A stretch of 64,000 bases of DNA from an uncultured Hyphomicrobiales bacterium (GTDB lineage Bacteria; Pseudomonadota; Alphaproteobacteria; Micropepsales; Micropepsaceae), in the NCBI GenBank assembly GCA_966211925.1, contig CBIHOI010000006.1:8313-72312 (forward strand). The letters are read 5' to 3'. Below the pieces are notes generated by a model that saw only the letters and a list, made by a program, of their open reading frames with translations, searched no databases and was not told the origin of the DNA. A program made the translations under genes and the position numbers. Below are positions 28,987-37,890 of the stretch, piece after piece. Position 1 is the stretch's first letter, and every line of letters begins with the position of its first letter.

Positions 28987-31900
28987 TTACAGCTTGATGG
29001 CCGCCGACACGAAGGCATAACGGCCCAGCGGGTCGTACACGCCCGGGAAGGTATTGCCGTTGAGCGGACCGGTCGGGCCGCCAACCACGCCGCCCGAGGC
29101 GATGAGCGGCGGATCCTTGTCGAACAGGTTGTTGATGCCGGCCGTGAAGGTCAGGGTCGGGGTCGGCGACCAGTTTCCAGCCAGGTCGAAGTAGCTGAAG
29201 TCCGGGATGTGGCCGCCCGCGATGACCGGCTGCAACGGCGCAAAGCCGGCATTCGGCGCATAACCGCTGCGCTGCAGGAAGGGGTTCGTCACGTTGCCGG
29301 CAAAGCCGACGCCGCTCAGATAACGCCAGTCCAGCGACAGCGAGAAGTCCCACGGGCTTTCCCAGGTCGCACGCAGCTTGTGGCGATACTCGGGGTTCGG
29401 CGAACCGCAAGCCTGGCCATAGAGGCCGTTGCAATCATAGCTGGTGTACACAGTCGCGCCCGCCGGAGCCGGTGCGCCTGCAATACAGGAGCTAACCTTT
29501 GCACCCGCCAGCGCCTGGCAGGCACCGGTATAGGGCTGGGTCGAGTAGTCGGTCAGCCATGTGGCGACATAGTTGAACGACATGCCACCGGCATTGTTCA
29601 GGCCCAGATCGTCGAACGAAAAGTTGTAGTTGGATTCAAAGTCGACGCCGCTGGTCTTCTGGTAGCCGGTGTTGACGTTGAGCTGGCTCACATAGCCGTT
29701 GGGCTGGGTGAACAGCAGGCCGTTGGCGTCACGATGGACCAGCGGGCACAGCGCCTGGTTGCCGTTCAAGCAACCGTTGAGCGCGATGCTGGGGTCGATG
29801 GTGCCGATCTGGTTGTTCACCTTGATGTTGAAATAGTCGATGGTCATCGAGAAGTTGCTGATCCATTCCGTCGGCGTGATCACGATGCCGGCGGTGTAGG
29901 TATCGGCCTTTTCGGGCTTCAGGGCCGTGCTGCCGCCCTGCAGGACGTTACACTGCGAAGCCGGGCAGTTGAGCGTGTTGCCATAGCGGGCGGCCGGGAG
30001 GCCGGTGTTCAAACAGGCCGCCTGGCTCGCGGACGGGGTCGTGCCGCCGCAAGGATCGTTGAAGCTGCCCAGCAGCACGCTCTGCGGGGTGTACAGTTCC
30101 ACCACGTTGGGCGCGCGCGCCGCATGGTTGTAGCTGGCGCGCAGGCGGAACAGGTCGATCGGCTGCCAGTCCGTCTTCACCATCCAGGTGTTGGTGTCGC
30201 CCGCCGTGCTGTAGCTGGAGAAGCGATAGGCGGCGTCGAAGTTCAGGCTCTGGACGAGCGGCATATTCTCCGCGATCGGAATACGCACTTCGCCGAAACC
30301 TTCGCGAACGTCGAAGCCCGACTTGGGCTGGCCGACATTGGCGCCGCCGGCGCCGTACAGATCGTTGTTCTGGTCGGCCGTCGAGGTGGTGAGCGCCAGA
30401 TATTCCGAGCGATATTCCGCGCCCAGCGAGAAGGAGACCGGCTGCGAGGACCAGGGGGACTTGACGCCATAGGCGCCAAGGTCGCCGGTGACCGCACCGG
30501 TGATGACATTTTCCTCGGTGAAACCGGCCTGCTGGCCGTGGGTGAAGATGTAACCCAGCATCTTCGGCGTAAAGCCGCCAACGCCGTGGAAGAGATCCAG
30601 CGGCACGCAATTGGCGGCGTCGTTCGTGCACTTGCCGGTGACCGGGTCGACGTTCAGGGCGTTCTGCACTTTCGACTTGGAGAAGTCGTTGCTGTAGGTC
30701 TGGTTGAACAGCGACTTGGAATGCTGCGCCGAGACGTCGTAGCTGAAGCCTTCGCCCAGATCGCCCTTGGCGCCGAACACGAAGCGATAGGTGGTGTGGC
30801 CGAAATCGGTGATGCGCGGCCCGCCTTCGACGTCACGACGGCCGACATAGACAGTCGCGGTCGAGGTGGGCGTATCGCAGAAGTTCGCCACGAAGGACGT
30901 ACCGGCCGCCAGCGGGTTGTTGCAATTGACGGTGTGCGCGCCCGAGAGCGGGCCCGAGCCCAGGAACAGGCCCGAAGGAGCGGCCTGCCAGGTGGTATGA
31001 TCTTCCGTGAACATCAGGCTGGAATACAGGTCAACCATGGGGTTGATCTGGTAGTGGGCGAAGAAGCCGCCAGCCCAGCGCGTGTCGGGGCGCTGAATGC
31101 TGTTGGCAGCGCCGTAGTTGTAATACTGGGTCGAGGCGCCGGTGAACGGCACCAGGGCGCCGCCGGGGTTCATGAACAGATACGTGCCGGCAGACGGGCC
31201 GGTCGTGCCGTAGAACAGGTCATAGTTGGCCGAGCCCGCGCACTTGAAACCGTCATAGGGACGCTGGCCGTTCGCCTGGGTCGGCTTGGTGCGGACGTTG
31301 GAGATGGAGCAGGCCGAATAATCGCGCTTGCTCTGCAGCACCTGGGCCGTCTGGTGATAGCTCAGATAGGTGGTGATATTGCCCTTGCTGTCCGGGGTGT
31401 TGACGCCCAGGACGACAGTGGCGTTGAGCTGCTGACCATCCCAGACCGAGGACGGCGGATCCTTGAAGCCAGCGGCGCTGCCGCCGGCTGCGCTGCGCAG
31501 GCCGGAATAGAAGGAATTGCCGTTGTCGTGCTGGTAGCCGCCATAGGTGACGTCGAACTCGGCACCTTCGAAATCCTTGCGCATGATGAAGTTCACGACG
31601 CCGGCAACGGCGTCCGAACCGTACACGGCCGAGGCGCCGCCGGTCAGAACTTCAACGCGGTCCACAAGGGCGGTGGGGATCTGGTTCAAGTCGGCATACG
31701 GAACGACCGGGTCGCCCGGGGCGAGGCGCAGGCCGTCAACCAGCACCAGGGTGCGGGACGGTCCGAGGCCGCGCAGATCGACGGTCGCGGTGCCGCTCGA
31801 CGCATTGCCGGTGAAGTTCTGCTGGCCGGAGAAGACCGACGGCAGGTTGTTCAAAAGGCTCTCAACGCTGGTCGTGCCCTGGAACTGGGCTTCCTGCTGG

Positions 31901-32079
31901 CCGACCACCGTGATGGGGCTGGCCGAAATCACGCCCTGCTGCGCAATGCGCGAGCCGGTGACGACAACAGTTTCCGTGTTGCCAGCGCTCTGGGCCTGGG
32001 CATAGGCGGAAAATCCAGCGGTGGCGACGGTCGCCGCGCTGAGGAAAAGACCAACTTTCAGGCTTTTTGATTGAAACAC
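28987..32079 (-). CDS. TonB-dependent outer-membrane receptor, 16 Cys
   Basis: GTG start with GAGGGG RBS, signal peptide, TETVVVTGSRI, LRGLGPSRTLVLVDG, ERVEV-like DRVEVLTGGASAVYGSDAVAGVVN, GINNLFDKDPP, YDPLGRY C-terminus. Confidence 0.95.
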   Translation of the reverse strand: MFQSKSLKVGLFLSAATVATAGFSAYAQAQSAGNTETVVVTGSRIAQQGVISASPITVVGQQEAQFQGTTSVESLLNNLPSVFSGQQNFTGNASSGTATVDLRGLGPSRTLVLVDGLRLAPGDPVVPYADLNQIPTALVDRVEVLTGGASAVYGSDAVAGVVNFIMRKDFEGAEFDVTYGGYQHDNGNSFYSGLRSAAGGSAAGFKDPPSSVWDGQQLNATVVLGVNTPDSKGNITTYLSYHQTAQVLQSKRDYSACSISNVRTKPTQANGQRPYDGFKCAGSANYDLFYGTTGPSAGTYLFMNPGGALVPFTGASTQYYNYGAANSIQRPDTRWAGGFFAHYQINPMVDLYSSLMFTEDHTTWQAAPSGLFLGSGPLSGAHTVNCNNPLAAGTSFVANFCDTPTSTATVYVGRRDVEGGPRITDFGHTTYRFVFGAKGDLGEGFSYDVSAQHSKSLFNQTYSNDFSKSKVQNALNVDPVTGKCTNDAANCVPLDLFHGVGGFTPKMLGYIFTHGQQAGFTEENVITGAVTGDLGAYGVKSPWSSQPVSFSLGAEYRSEYLALTTSTADQNNDLYGAGGANVGQPKSGFDVREGFGEVRIPIAENMPLVQSLNFDAAYRFSSYSTAGDTNTWMVKTDWQPIDLFRLRASYNHAARAPNVVELYTPQSVLLGSFNDPCGGTTPSASQAACLNTGLPAARYGNTLNCPASQCNVLQGGSTALKPEKADTYTAGIVITPTEWISNFSMTIDYFNIKVNNQIGTIDPSIALNGCLNGNQALCPLVHRDANGLLFTQPNGYVSQLNVNTGYQKTSGVDFESNYNFSFDDLGLNNAGGMSFNYVATWLTDYSTQPYTGACQALAGAKVSSCIAGAPAPAGATVYTSYDCNGLYGQACGSPNPEYRHKLRATWESPWDFSLSLDWRYLSGVGFAGNVTNPFLQRSGYAPNAGFAPLQPVIAGGHIPDFSYFDLAGNWSPTPTLTFTAGINNLFDKDPPLIASGGVVGGPTGPLNGNTFPGVYDPLGRYAFVSAAIKL

Positions 32080-32462
32080 GAAGGAACCCCTCTGATTTGT
32101 GCCGCGATGCGAAATCGCGAGAAAGCCAAATGGTAAAACCCCGCATTTGGCGCTTGACGTCACGGTAGGGTCACAATGGCTGCAGGGTCAAAGGAATTGC
32201 TACGCCGCAACAAACTCAGGACTGTGTTGTGATATTTAGGTGTCGAATTTGTTGGCAATCGGCTTTTTTATGCGCATTGCCCAATATCTAAGACATAAAA
32301 AACAAGGGAAACCCTAGGCCGAGAAATAATATTTCGCGAGTGCTTGGCGAGTTCCGCCCAAAAATACGCCATTACATTGGGCAAACTGCCTATATGCGCA
32401 CCGCTTCTGGCGCGGACAGTGCCAACACGGATTATCGCGACTGCGAAAAACCGATTCCGGCC

Positions 32463-34280
32463 TCAGAAAGCGCTGGATTCAGCCACCGACTCGAGGCGAT
32501 CCAACCCGCTGATCACGCTGTGTGCTTCTGCGAGCAACGGCTCGATTTCCGCAGCGTTCCGGCGCCATTTCTGCGCATCGGGCGGGGTTATGGTGTGGCG
32601 CGAAACCCGGCCGCGATTGGCAACGGCATGACGCATGGCATCGCCAAAGGGAATGCCCGCGAAATCGCACAGCCGGCGCAATGTGCCTTCGGTGTCGTCC
32701 TTCAGCGCATCGTAATCGACGCTGGTCCAGTCGCTGCGCGGCAAGGCTGCAAGGTCCGTTAGTATGATGTCATTGGTATCACGCCATTGGCGCATGGCGA
32801 TCTTCTGCAGCGGCGCCCCGATCAGCGCGCGCCAGCCCGGTATCAGCAACAGCGACCAGGGCAGTCCCTGCCAGCCGGGAAGTCCCGGATAGGTGACAAA
32901 GCCGCCCGAACGCCAGGCATCCATGATGGCGCTGATGTTGGCGCGCGGCGCGCGGTGCAGGAAGATGAAGCGGGCGTCCGGAAATACGCGTTTCAGGAAC
33001 GGGATGCGCAGCGCGTTCTTGGGTGTCTTCTCCAGAAAGCGGATGGCCTGGGGCATCTGCGCCTGTTCGCGCAGCAGGTTTCCGGCTGCGTCGCGCATGG
33101 TCGCCAGATAGTTCGCACGCAACTGCGCGGCGATATCGGGACGCGCGTCTTCGGCGGTCAGGCGGTTGGACTCGAAGTTGCGTTGCCGCGGGCTGAGAGA
33201 GTCGATGCTTTCCACATGCTGGTGCCCCTCCCCGCCCAGCGTGCTCAACGCCAGATTCTGCGCCAGCATTTCAAAGAGCCATGTGCTGCCTGAGCGCGGC
33301 GCTGCAACAATGAAGACTGGACGCTCGAACTGCGTCGTCTGCACGAAGGCAGGCTGCGGCTTGCGGACAAGCGCCGCAACGGTTTCCGACAATGCGGGGA
33401 TCAGGGGTGATGCGCTGCTTGCAATCTTCAGCGAGGGGGGCAGGAGCGCCACGTTCTGCCGGGCCCAATCGGCCAGTGCGGCGAAATGGGGAAGACCTTC
33501 GGATGGGCCCTTGAGATACCAGATGGTGCGCCATTCGTCGCGCAACTGGTCCGTGAAGGCCAGCAGCGCTTTCATGGCGGAAGGATCGTTGGCAAAGGCG
33601 GCGGCATCGGCCACGATCTCGCCCACTTCCAGGTCAACTTCCGCCGCGGACATCACCGGCGCGCCGACATAACTCTCATAAAGAAGTTCCGGCTGCAGTC
33701 CCGGGCGAAAAGGCACCGGGCGGAATACCGGCGCCGGGCCGCCGAGCGGTGTCGCCATGCGCCAGAATTCGGTGCTGCCATAGGTGTCCATGGTCAGATG
33801 GATTCGCCGGACCGGCGTCTCGTTGACGACCTTGTGCTGGCGGCGATTGTCGAAGGTCCAGGCTTCGCCCGCCGCCATGTGAACCGCGGTACCGTCGCAA
33901 TGAAACTGAACGTCAGGATGGGTGACGATGGGAACATGCACCCGCGTGTGGCGGCGCCAATATTGCTGGTTGTCGACATGCGTGGGCACGCCATCACCTG
34001 GTTCCAGCCGCATCAGCCGGGCGCGACCAATCAGGGTGCGGAACTCGGCCAGAACCTGGCGCAGGTAGGGCGACTGGTCCAGATAAGGTGTCGGCTGGAT
34101 CGGCGGATCGAAGGCGTCAAAGGCGTCGCCGCGTGTCGCGGTCAGCGGCAGGAAACTGTTGCCCTTCAGATCGCTGGGATGCCGGCGCCAGGCGTCATCC
34201 GGAAAGGCGGACACTTCCTGAACCAGCCGCTGCACATCGAAGCGGAACGGAAAACGGTAAAAGGGATGCGAAAGTCTCAT
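32463..34280 (-). CDS. Asp/Asn beta-hydroxylase-sulfotransferase fusion (ST3)
   Basis: Start re-called to MRLSHPF (34280); RARLMRL, HVD, RVHVPI, GEAWTFDN..QHKVVN; then FIVAAPRSGSTWLFE, EKTPKN. Confidence 0.88.
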   Translation of the reverse strand: MRLSHPFYRFPFRFDVQRLVQEVSAFPDDAWRRHPSDLKGNSFLPLTATRGDAFDAFDPPIQPTPYLDQSPYLRQVLAEFRTLIGRARLMRLEPGDGVPTHVDNQQYWRRHTRVHVPIVTHPDVQFHCDGTAVHMAAGEAWTFDNRRQHKVVNETPVRRIHLTMDTYGSTEFWRMATPLGGPAPVFRPVPFRPGLQPELLYESYVGAPVMSAAEVDLEVGEIVADAAAFANDPSAMKALLAFTDQLRDEWRTIWYLKGPSEGLPHFAALADWARQNVALLPPSLKIASSASPLIPALSETVAALVRKPQPAFVQTTQFERPVFIVAAPRSGSTWLFEMLAQNLALSTLGGEGHQHVESIDSLSPRQRNFESNRLTAEDARPDIAAQLRANYLATMRDAAGNLLREQAQMPQAIRFLEKTPKNALRIPFLKRVFPDARFIFLHRAPRANISAIMDAWRSGGFVTYPGLPGWQGLPWSLLLIPGWRALIGAPLQKIAMRQWRDTNDIILTDLAALPRSDWTSVDYDALKDDTEGTLRRLCDFAGIPFGDAMRHAVANRGRVSRHTITPPDAQKWRRNAAEIEPLLAEAHSVISGLDRLESVAESSAF

Positions 34281-34407
34281 CCGGGACTTTGCTATGCGGT
34301 TTCGACGCCAGCATGGTTGCGGCATCGGTGCATGTCCATGGGGACGCATTTTTTGACCGCCGCGTTGCAGCATGTTAAAAGCCGCTGACATCGAGCAAGG
34401 GGTTTTC

Positions 34408-34701
34408 ATGCGCAGTGGGATGATCGTGATTGCTGTTTGTGCCCTCGCCGGCTGGGCAGCGCCCGCCCTGGCCCAGACCACCACCGACGCAACACCGGCC
34501 TCGGCCCAGGCCGCTCCGGCCGCGGAACCCACCGATGACCCGATCGTCTGCAAGCAGCTGAAGGCGGACACCGGCTCGCGCATCGGCGGTCGCCGGATCT
34601 GCGAGAAGCAGAGTGTCTGGCAGCAGCAGGCCCGCGACGCCCGCCGCGAAATCGACAATAGCCAGCAGCGCGGCGGCATGTTCTCCCGGCCTGGAAGCTA
34701 G
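34408..34701 (+). CDS. Small exported protein with C-x6-TGSRI-x5-C motif
   Basis: RBS AGGGG, signal peptide (APALAQ), DPIVCKQLKADTGSRIGGRRICEKQSVW. Confidence 0.8.
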   Translation: MRSGMIVIAVCALAGWAAPALAQTTTDATPASAQAAPAAEPTDDPIVCKQLKADTGSRIGGRRICEKQSVWQQQARDARREIDNSQQRGGMFSRPGS

Positions 34702-34781
34702 TAAGCCTCTGAATTATAGATGTTTTTTCAAAAATCGGCTGGATAGGCCGCGCTGGGCAAGCCTGGCGCGTGATTAATCGC

Positions 34782-35137
34782 TTGTTGAAACCTTGCTGGC
34801 ACCCTACAAAAACTGGGTCCGGCAGTGCTTTTCGCGATTCTCGCAAGCCCGGACACCCCTGACCAGGCCCGGTACGCCCCGCGACCAACGCGAGCACAAA
34901 GGCCGCCAGGATCGCCAATGGGGCCTTCGGGGCCTCTCGAAGTAACAATGACTGTCAAATTTGCGCTCCCCTCCGACGCTGTCCCGGTCCCTGATTTCAG
35001 GCTTGGCTTCAGTAATGAAGTGACCGTTTCGACGGATGGGGTTGCGCGCATGTTTTCAACCCACAATTCGCGCCGCCCCACCCTGCCCGCCGCACGTCGT
35101 GCCGCCGGCAATCCTTGCGCGCGCGCCGGAGACTTTC
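34782..35137 (+). promoter_or_regulatory. Putative rne promoter and ~320 nt structured 5' leader
   Basis: TTGTTG (34782)-N17-TACAAA (34805); nested hairpin 34815-34858; no credible coding frame up to ATG 35138. Confidence 0.5.
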
Positions 35138-37870
35138 ATGACCAAGCGCATGCTGATCGACGCCAACCACCCGGAAGAAACCCGGGTCGTCATTCTCGAC
35201 GGAAATAAGGTCGAGGAATTCGATTTCGAGGCTGCTTCCAAGCGGCCGCTCAAGGGCAACATCTATCTCGCCAAGGTGACGCGCGTTGAGCCGTCCCTGC
35301 AGGCGGCCTTTGTGGAGTATGGCGGCAACCGCCAGGGCTTCCTGGCCTTTGCCGAAATCCATCCCGACTATTACCAGATCCCGGCCAGCGACCGCGCCGC
35401 GCTGATCGCCGAGCAGGAGGCCGAAGCCCGCCGCCGTTCGGAAGACGATATCGAGTCCTTCGAGATCACCGGTCCCAAGGGCCAGGACAGCGAAGAAGAC
35501 GCCGAGGAAGAGGCCGACGAAGAAACCGACGGCGAGGAAACCGCCGAGATGGCGCCGCTGGTGCCTTTGGACGCGGCCCCGGAAGCCCCGGAACCGGCCT
35601 CGGAAACGGAAAGCGACGACGCCTCCCCCGAAGCCGACGAGCATGACGATGTCTTCGTCAATCATGGCGGCGCGCCCGTCCGCGAAGCGGACGAGCACGA
35701 CCATGACGAGGAAGACGAGGGTCCCGCCACCAAATCGGAAGCCTCCGCAGAGGCGCTGACCGACTATCAGGGCGACCCGGACGTCTCGGCGGCCCAGGCG
35801 GCCGAGGAGAATGAAGGCGAGATCGAACCGGTTGGCACCCAGGATGCGGACGACGCCGGGATTGCGGCTGCAGAAACCGCCTCGGAAAATAATGAGGCGG
35901 CCGTGGAAGCCGAGGGCGGGGAAGCCCAAGCGCTGAACGCCGGTCGCCCACCCCAGAAGTGGGTGCGCAAGAAGCATTACAAGATCCAGGAAGTGATCAA
36001 GCGCCGCCAGATCATCCTGGTGCAGGTGGTCAAGGAAGAACGCGGCAACAAGGGCGCCGCCCTCACCACCTATCTTTCGCTGGCCGGCCGCTATTGCGTA
36101 CTGATGCCCAACACCCCGCGCGGCGGCGGCATCTCCCGCAAGATCACCAACGCCGCCGACCGCAAGCGCCTCAAGAGCGCGGCCCAGGGCCTGGAGCTGC
36201 CCGAAGGCATGGGCCTGATCATTCGCACCGCCGGCGAAAATCGCACCCGGCTGGAGATCCGGCGCGACTATGACTATCTGCTGCGCCTGTGGGACACGAT
36301 CCGCGAAAAGACGCTGTCGTCCAACGCCCCGGCCTGCGTCTATGAGGAAGGCGACCTGATCAAGCGCGTCATCCGCGACCTGTATACCAAGGACGTGCAG
36401 GACGTGGTGGTGGAAGGCGAGGAAGGCTATCGCAACGCCAAGGACTTCATGCGGATGCTGATGCCGACGCATGCCAAGTATGTGCATCAGTACAAAGACC
36501 CGGTGCCGCTGTTCCAGCGCATGCATATCGAGACCCAGCTGGACTCGATGTTCTCGCCCACCGTCACCCTGAAGTCGGGCGGCTATATCGTCATCAACCA
36601 GACCGAAGCGCTGGTCGCGATCGACGTGAATTCCGGCCGCGCCACCAAGGAACACTCGATCGAGGAAACCGCGCGCAAGACCAACCTGGAAGCCGCCAGC
36701 GAAGTCGGCCGCCAGCTGCGCCTGCGCGACCTGGCCGGGCTGATCGTTATCGACTTCATCGATATGGAGGAAAGCCGCAACGACCGCGAGGTCGAGAAGC
36801 GCCTGCGCGATGCCGTCAAGGATGACCGCGCCCGGGTACAGATCGGCAAGATCTCGCAGTTCGGCCTGATGGAAATGTCGCGCCAGCGCCTGCGCGCCGG
36901 CGTCATTGCCGGGTCTACCGTCACCTGTCCGCATTGCGCCGGCACCGGCCTGCTGCGTTCCACCGAAAGCTCGGCCCTGCGCGTGCTGCGCGGCCTGGAA
37001 GAGGAAGGCGAGAAGAACCGCGCCGCCGCCGTCAGCGTCAAGATCGACAATGAGGTGGCGCTCTACATTCTCAACCAGAAGCGCCACGAACTGTCGCGCA
37101 TCGAAGCCGAGAACGGCATGGAGATCACGTTTGATCCCAAGCCAGGCATGGCCGGTGGCGCTTTCGAGATCGAGCGCACAAGGACCCGCGAACCGGGCGA
37201 GCGCCCGCGCAGCAATTCCGCTGTCAGCATCGAGGCTGGCTTCGTGCCTTACGAACCTGAGCCGGATTATGTGGAAGAGATCGACGAAGAAGAGGAAGTC
37301 TTCGAGGCCGAAGGCGATACGCCTGCCGAAAGCGAAGAAGCGGCAGAACGTGCGCCGCGCGCGGAAGGCGAACGTTCTGACCGGGGCGGCGAACGCGGCG
37401 ATGGCCGCAAGCGCCGTCGCCGTGGCGGCCGTGGCCGCAACCGCGATCGTGAAGGCCAGCGTCCAGTGGGTGCCGATACCGGTGTCGCGCCTGTAGCCGC
37501 GGAAGCAACCGAAGACCGCGAGGACGGTGACGAAACGGAACTTGCACACGCCCAGCCCGGGCAGCCGCTCGGCGAGAATGGCGAGCCGCGCCGCAAGCGC
37601 CGTCGCCGCCGTGGCCGTCGTGGCGGCCGCGATCGCGCCGATCAACCCGAAGGCACGGAAAATCAGCAGCCCGGCTTTGTCGCGGAAGCCGACCGTTTTG
37701 GCGCGGCCCCGGACGAGATAGACACCACGCCCACCATCGGCGGCAGCCATGCCCCTGGCGCGCCGTCCGCGCCGGTCTGGTCGCTGAAGGACGATGAACT
37801 GGACACCACCCCCAAGGAAGAACCGCCGAAGAAAAAGGGCTGGTGGTCCAAGGCTTTTGGCACCGAATAG
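35138..37870 (+). CDS. rne: Ribonuclease E
   Basis: MTKRMLIDA, GNIYLAKVTRVEPSLQAAFV, QVVKEERGNKGAALTT, IDVNSG, IDFIDM, CPHC, Arg-rich CTD, GWW C-terminus. Confidence 0.96.
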   Translation: MTKRMLIDANHPEETRVVILDGNKVEEFDFEAASKRPLKGNIYLAKVTRVEPSLQAAFVEYGGNRQGFLAFAEIHPDYYQIPASDRAALIAEQEAEARRRSEDDIESFEITGPKGQDSEEDAEEEADEETDGEETAEMAPLVPLDAAPEAPEPASETESDDASPEADEHDDVFVNHGGAPVREADEHDHDEEDEGPATKSEASAEALTDYQGDPDVSAAQAAEENEGEIEPVGTQDADDAGIAAAETASENNEAAVEAEGGEAQALNAGRPPQKWVRKKHYKIQEVIKRRQIILVQVVKEERGNKGAALTTYLSLAGRYCVLMPNTPRGGGISRKITNAADRKRLKSAAQGLELPEGMGLIIRTAGENRTRLEIRRDYDYLLRLWDTIREKTLSSNAPACVYEEGDLIKRVIRDLYTKDVQDVVVEGEEGYRNAKDFMRMLMPTHAKYVHQYKDPVPLFQRMHIETQLDSMFSPTVTLKSGGYIVINQTEALVAIDVNSGRATKEHSIEETARKTNLEAASEVGRQLRLRDLAGLIVIDFIDMEESRNDREVEKRLRDAVKDDRARVQIGKISQFGLMEMSRQRLRAGVIAGSTVTCPHCAGTGLLRSTESSALRVLRGLEEEGEKNRAAAVSVKIDNEVALYILNQKRHELSRIEAENGMEITFDPKPGMAGGAFEIERTRTREPGERPRSNSAVSIEAGFVPYEPEPDYVEEIDEEEEVFEAEGDTPAESEEAAERAPRAEGERSDRGGERGDGRKRRRRGGRGRNRDREGQRPVGADTGVAPVAAEATEDREDGDETELAHAQPGQPLGENGEPRRKRRRRRGRRGGRDRADQPEGTENQQPGFVAEADRFGAAPDEIDTTPTIGGSHAPGAPSAPVWSLKDDELDTTPKEEPPKKKGWWSKAFGTE

Positions 37871-37890
37871 CGGCGCCTTGCATACAAACG

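Noticed and set aside
28735-32070. 1111-aa plus-strand ORF
   Set aside because: Antisense shadow of the TonB-dependent receptor; no motifs; typical of high-GC3 genes.
32268-32372. Short (~34-codon) minus-strand ORF (MAYFWAELAK...) as a precursor peptide
   Set aside because: No RBS, AT-rich codons, lies in the likely promoter region.
32340-32762. ORF containing a DY dipeptide (NTDYRD) as a RaxX-like sulfated precursor
   Set aside because: Mostly antisense to ST3, no RBS or signal, atypical codons; a single DY is expected by chance.
24375-34780. Mobile element or prophage explanation for the cluster
   Set aside because: No integrase, transposase, tRNA target or flanking repeats seen.
35009-37750. 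913-aa minus-strand ORF
   Set aside because: Antisense shadow of rne.
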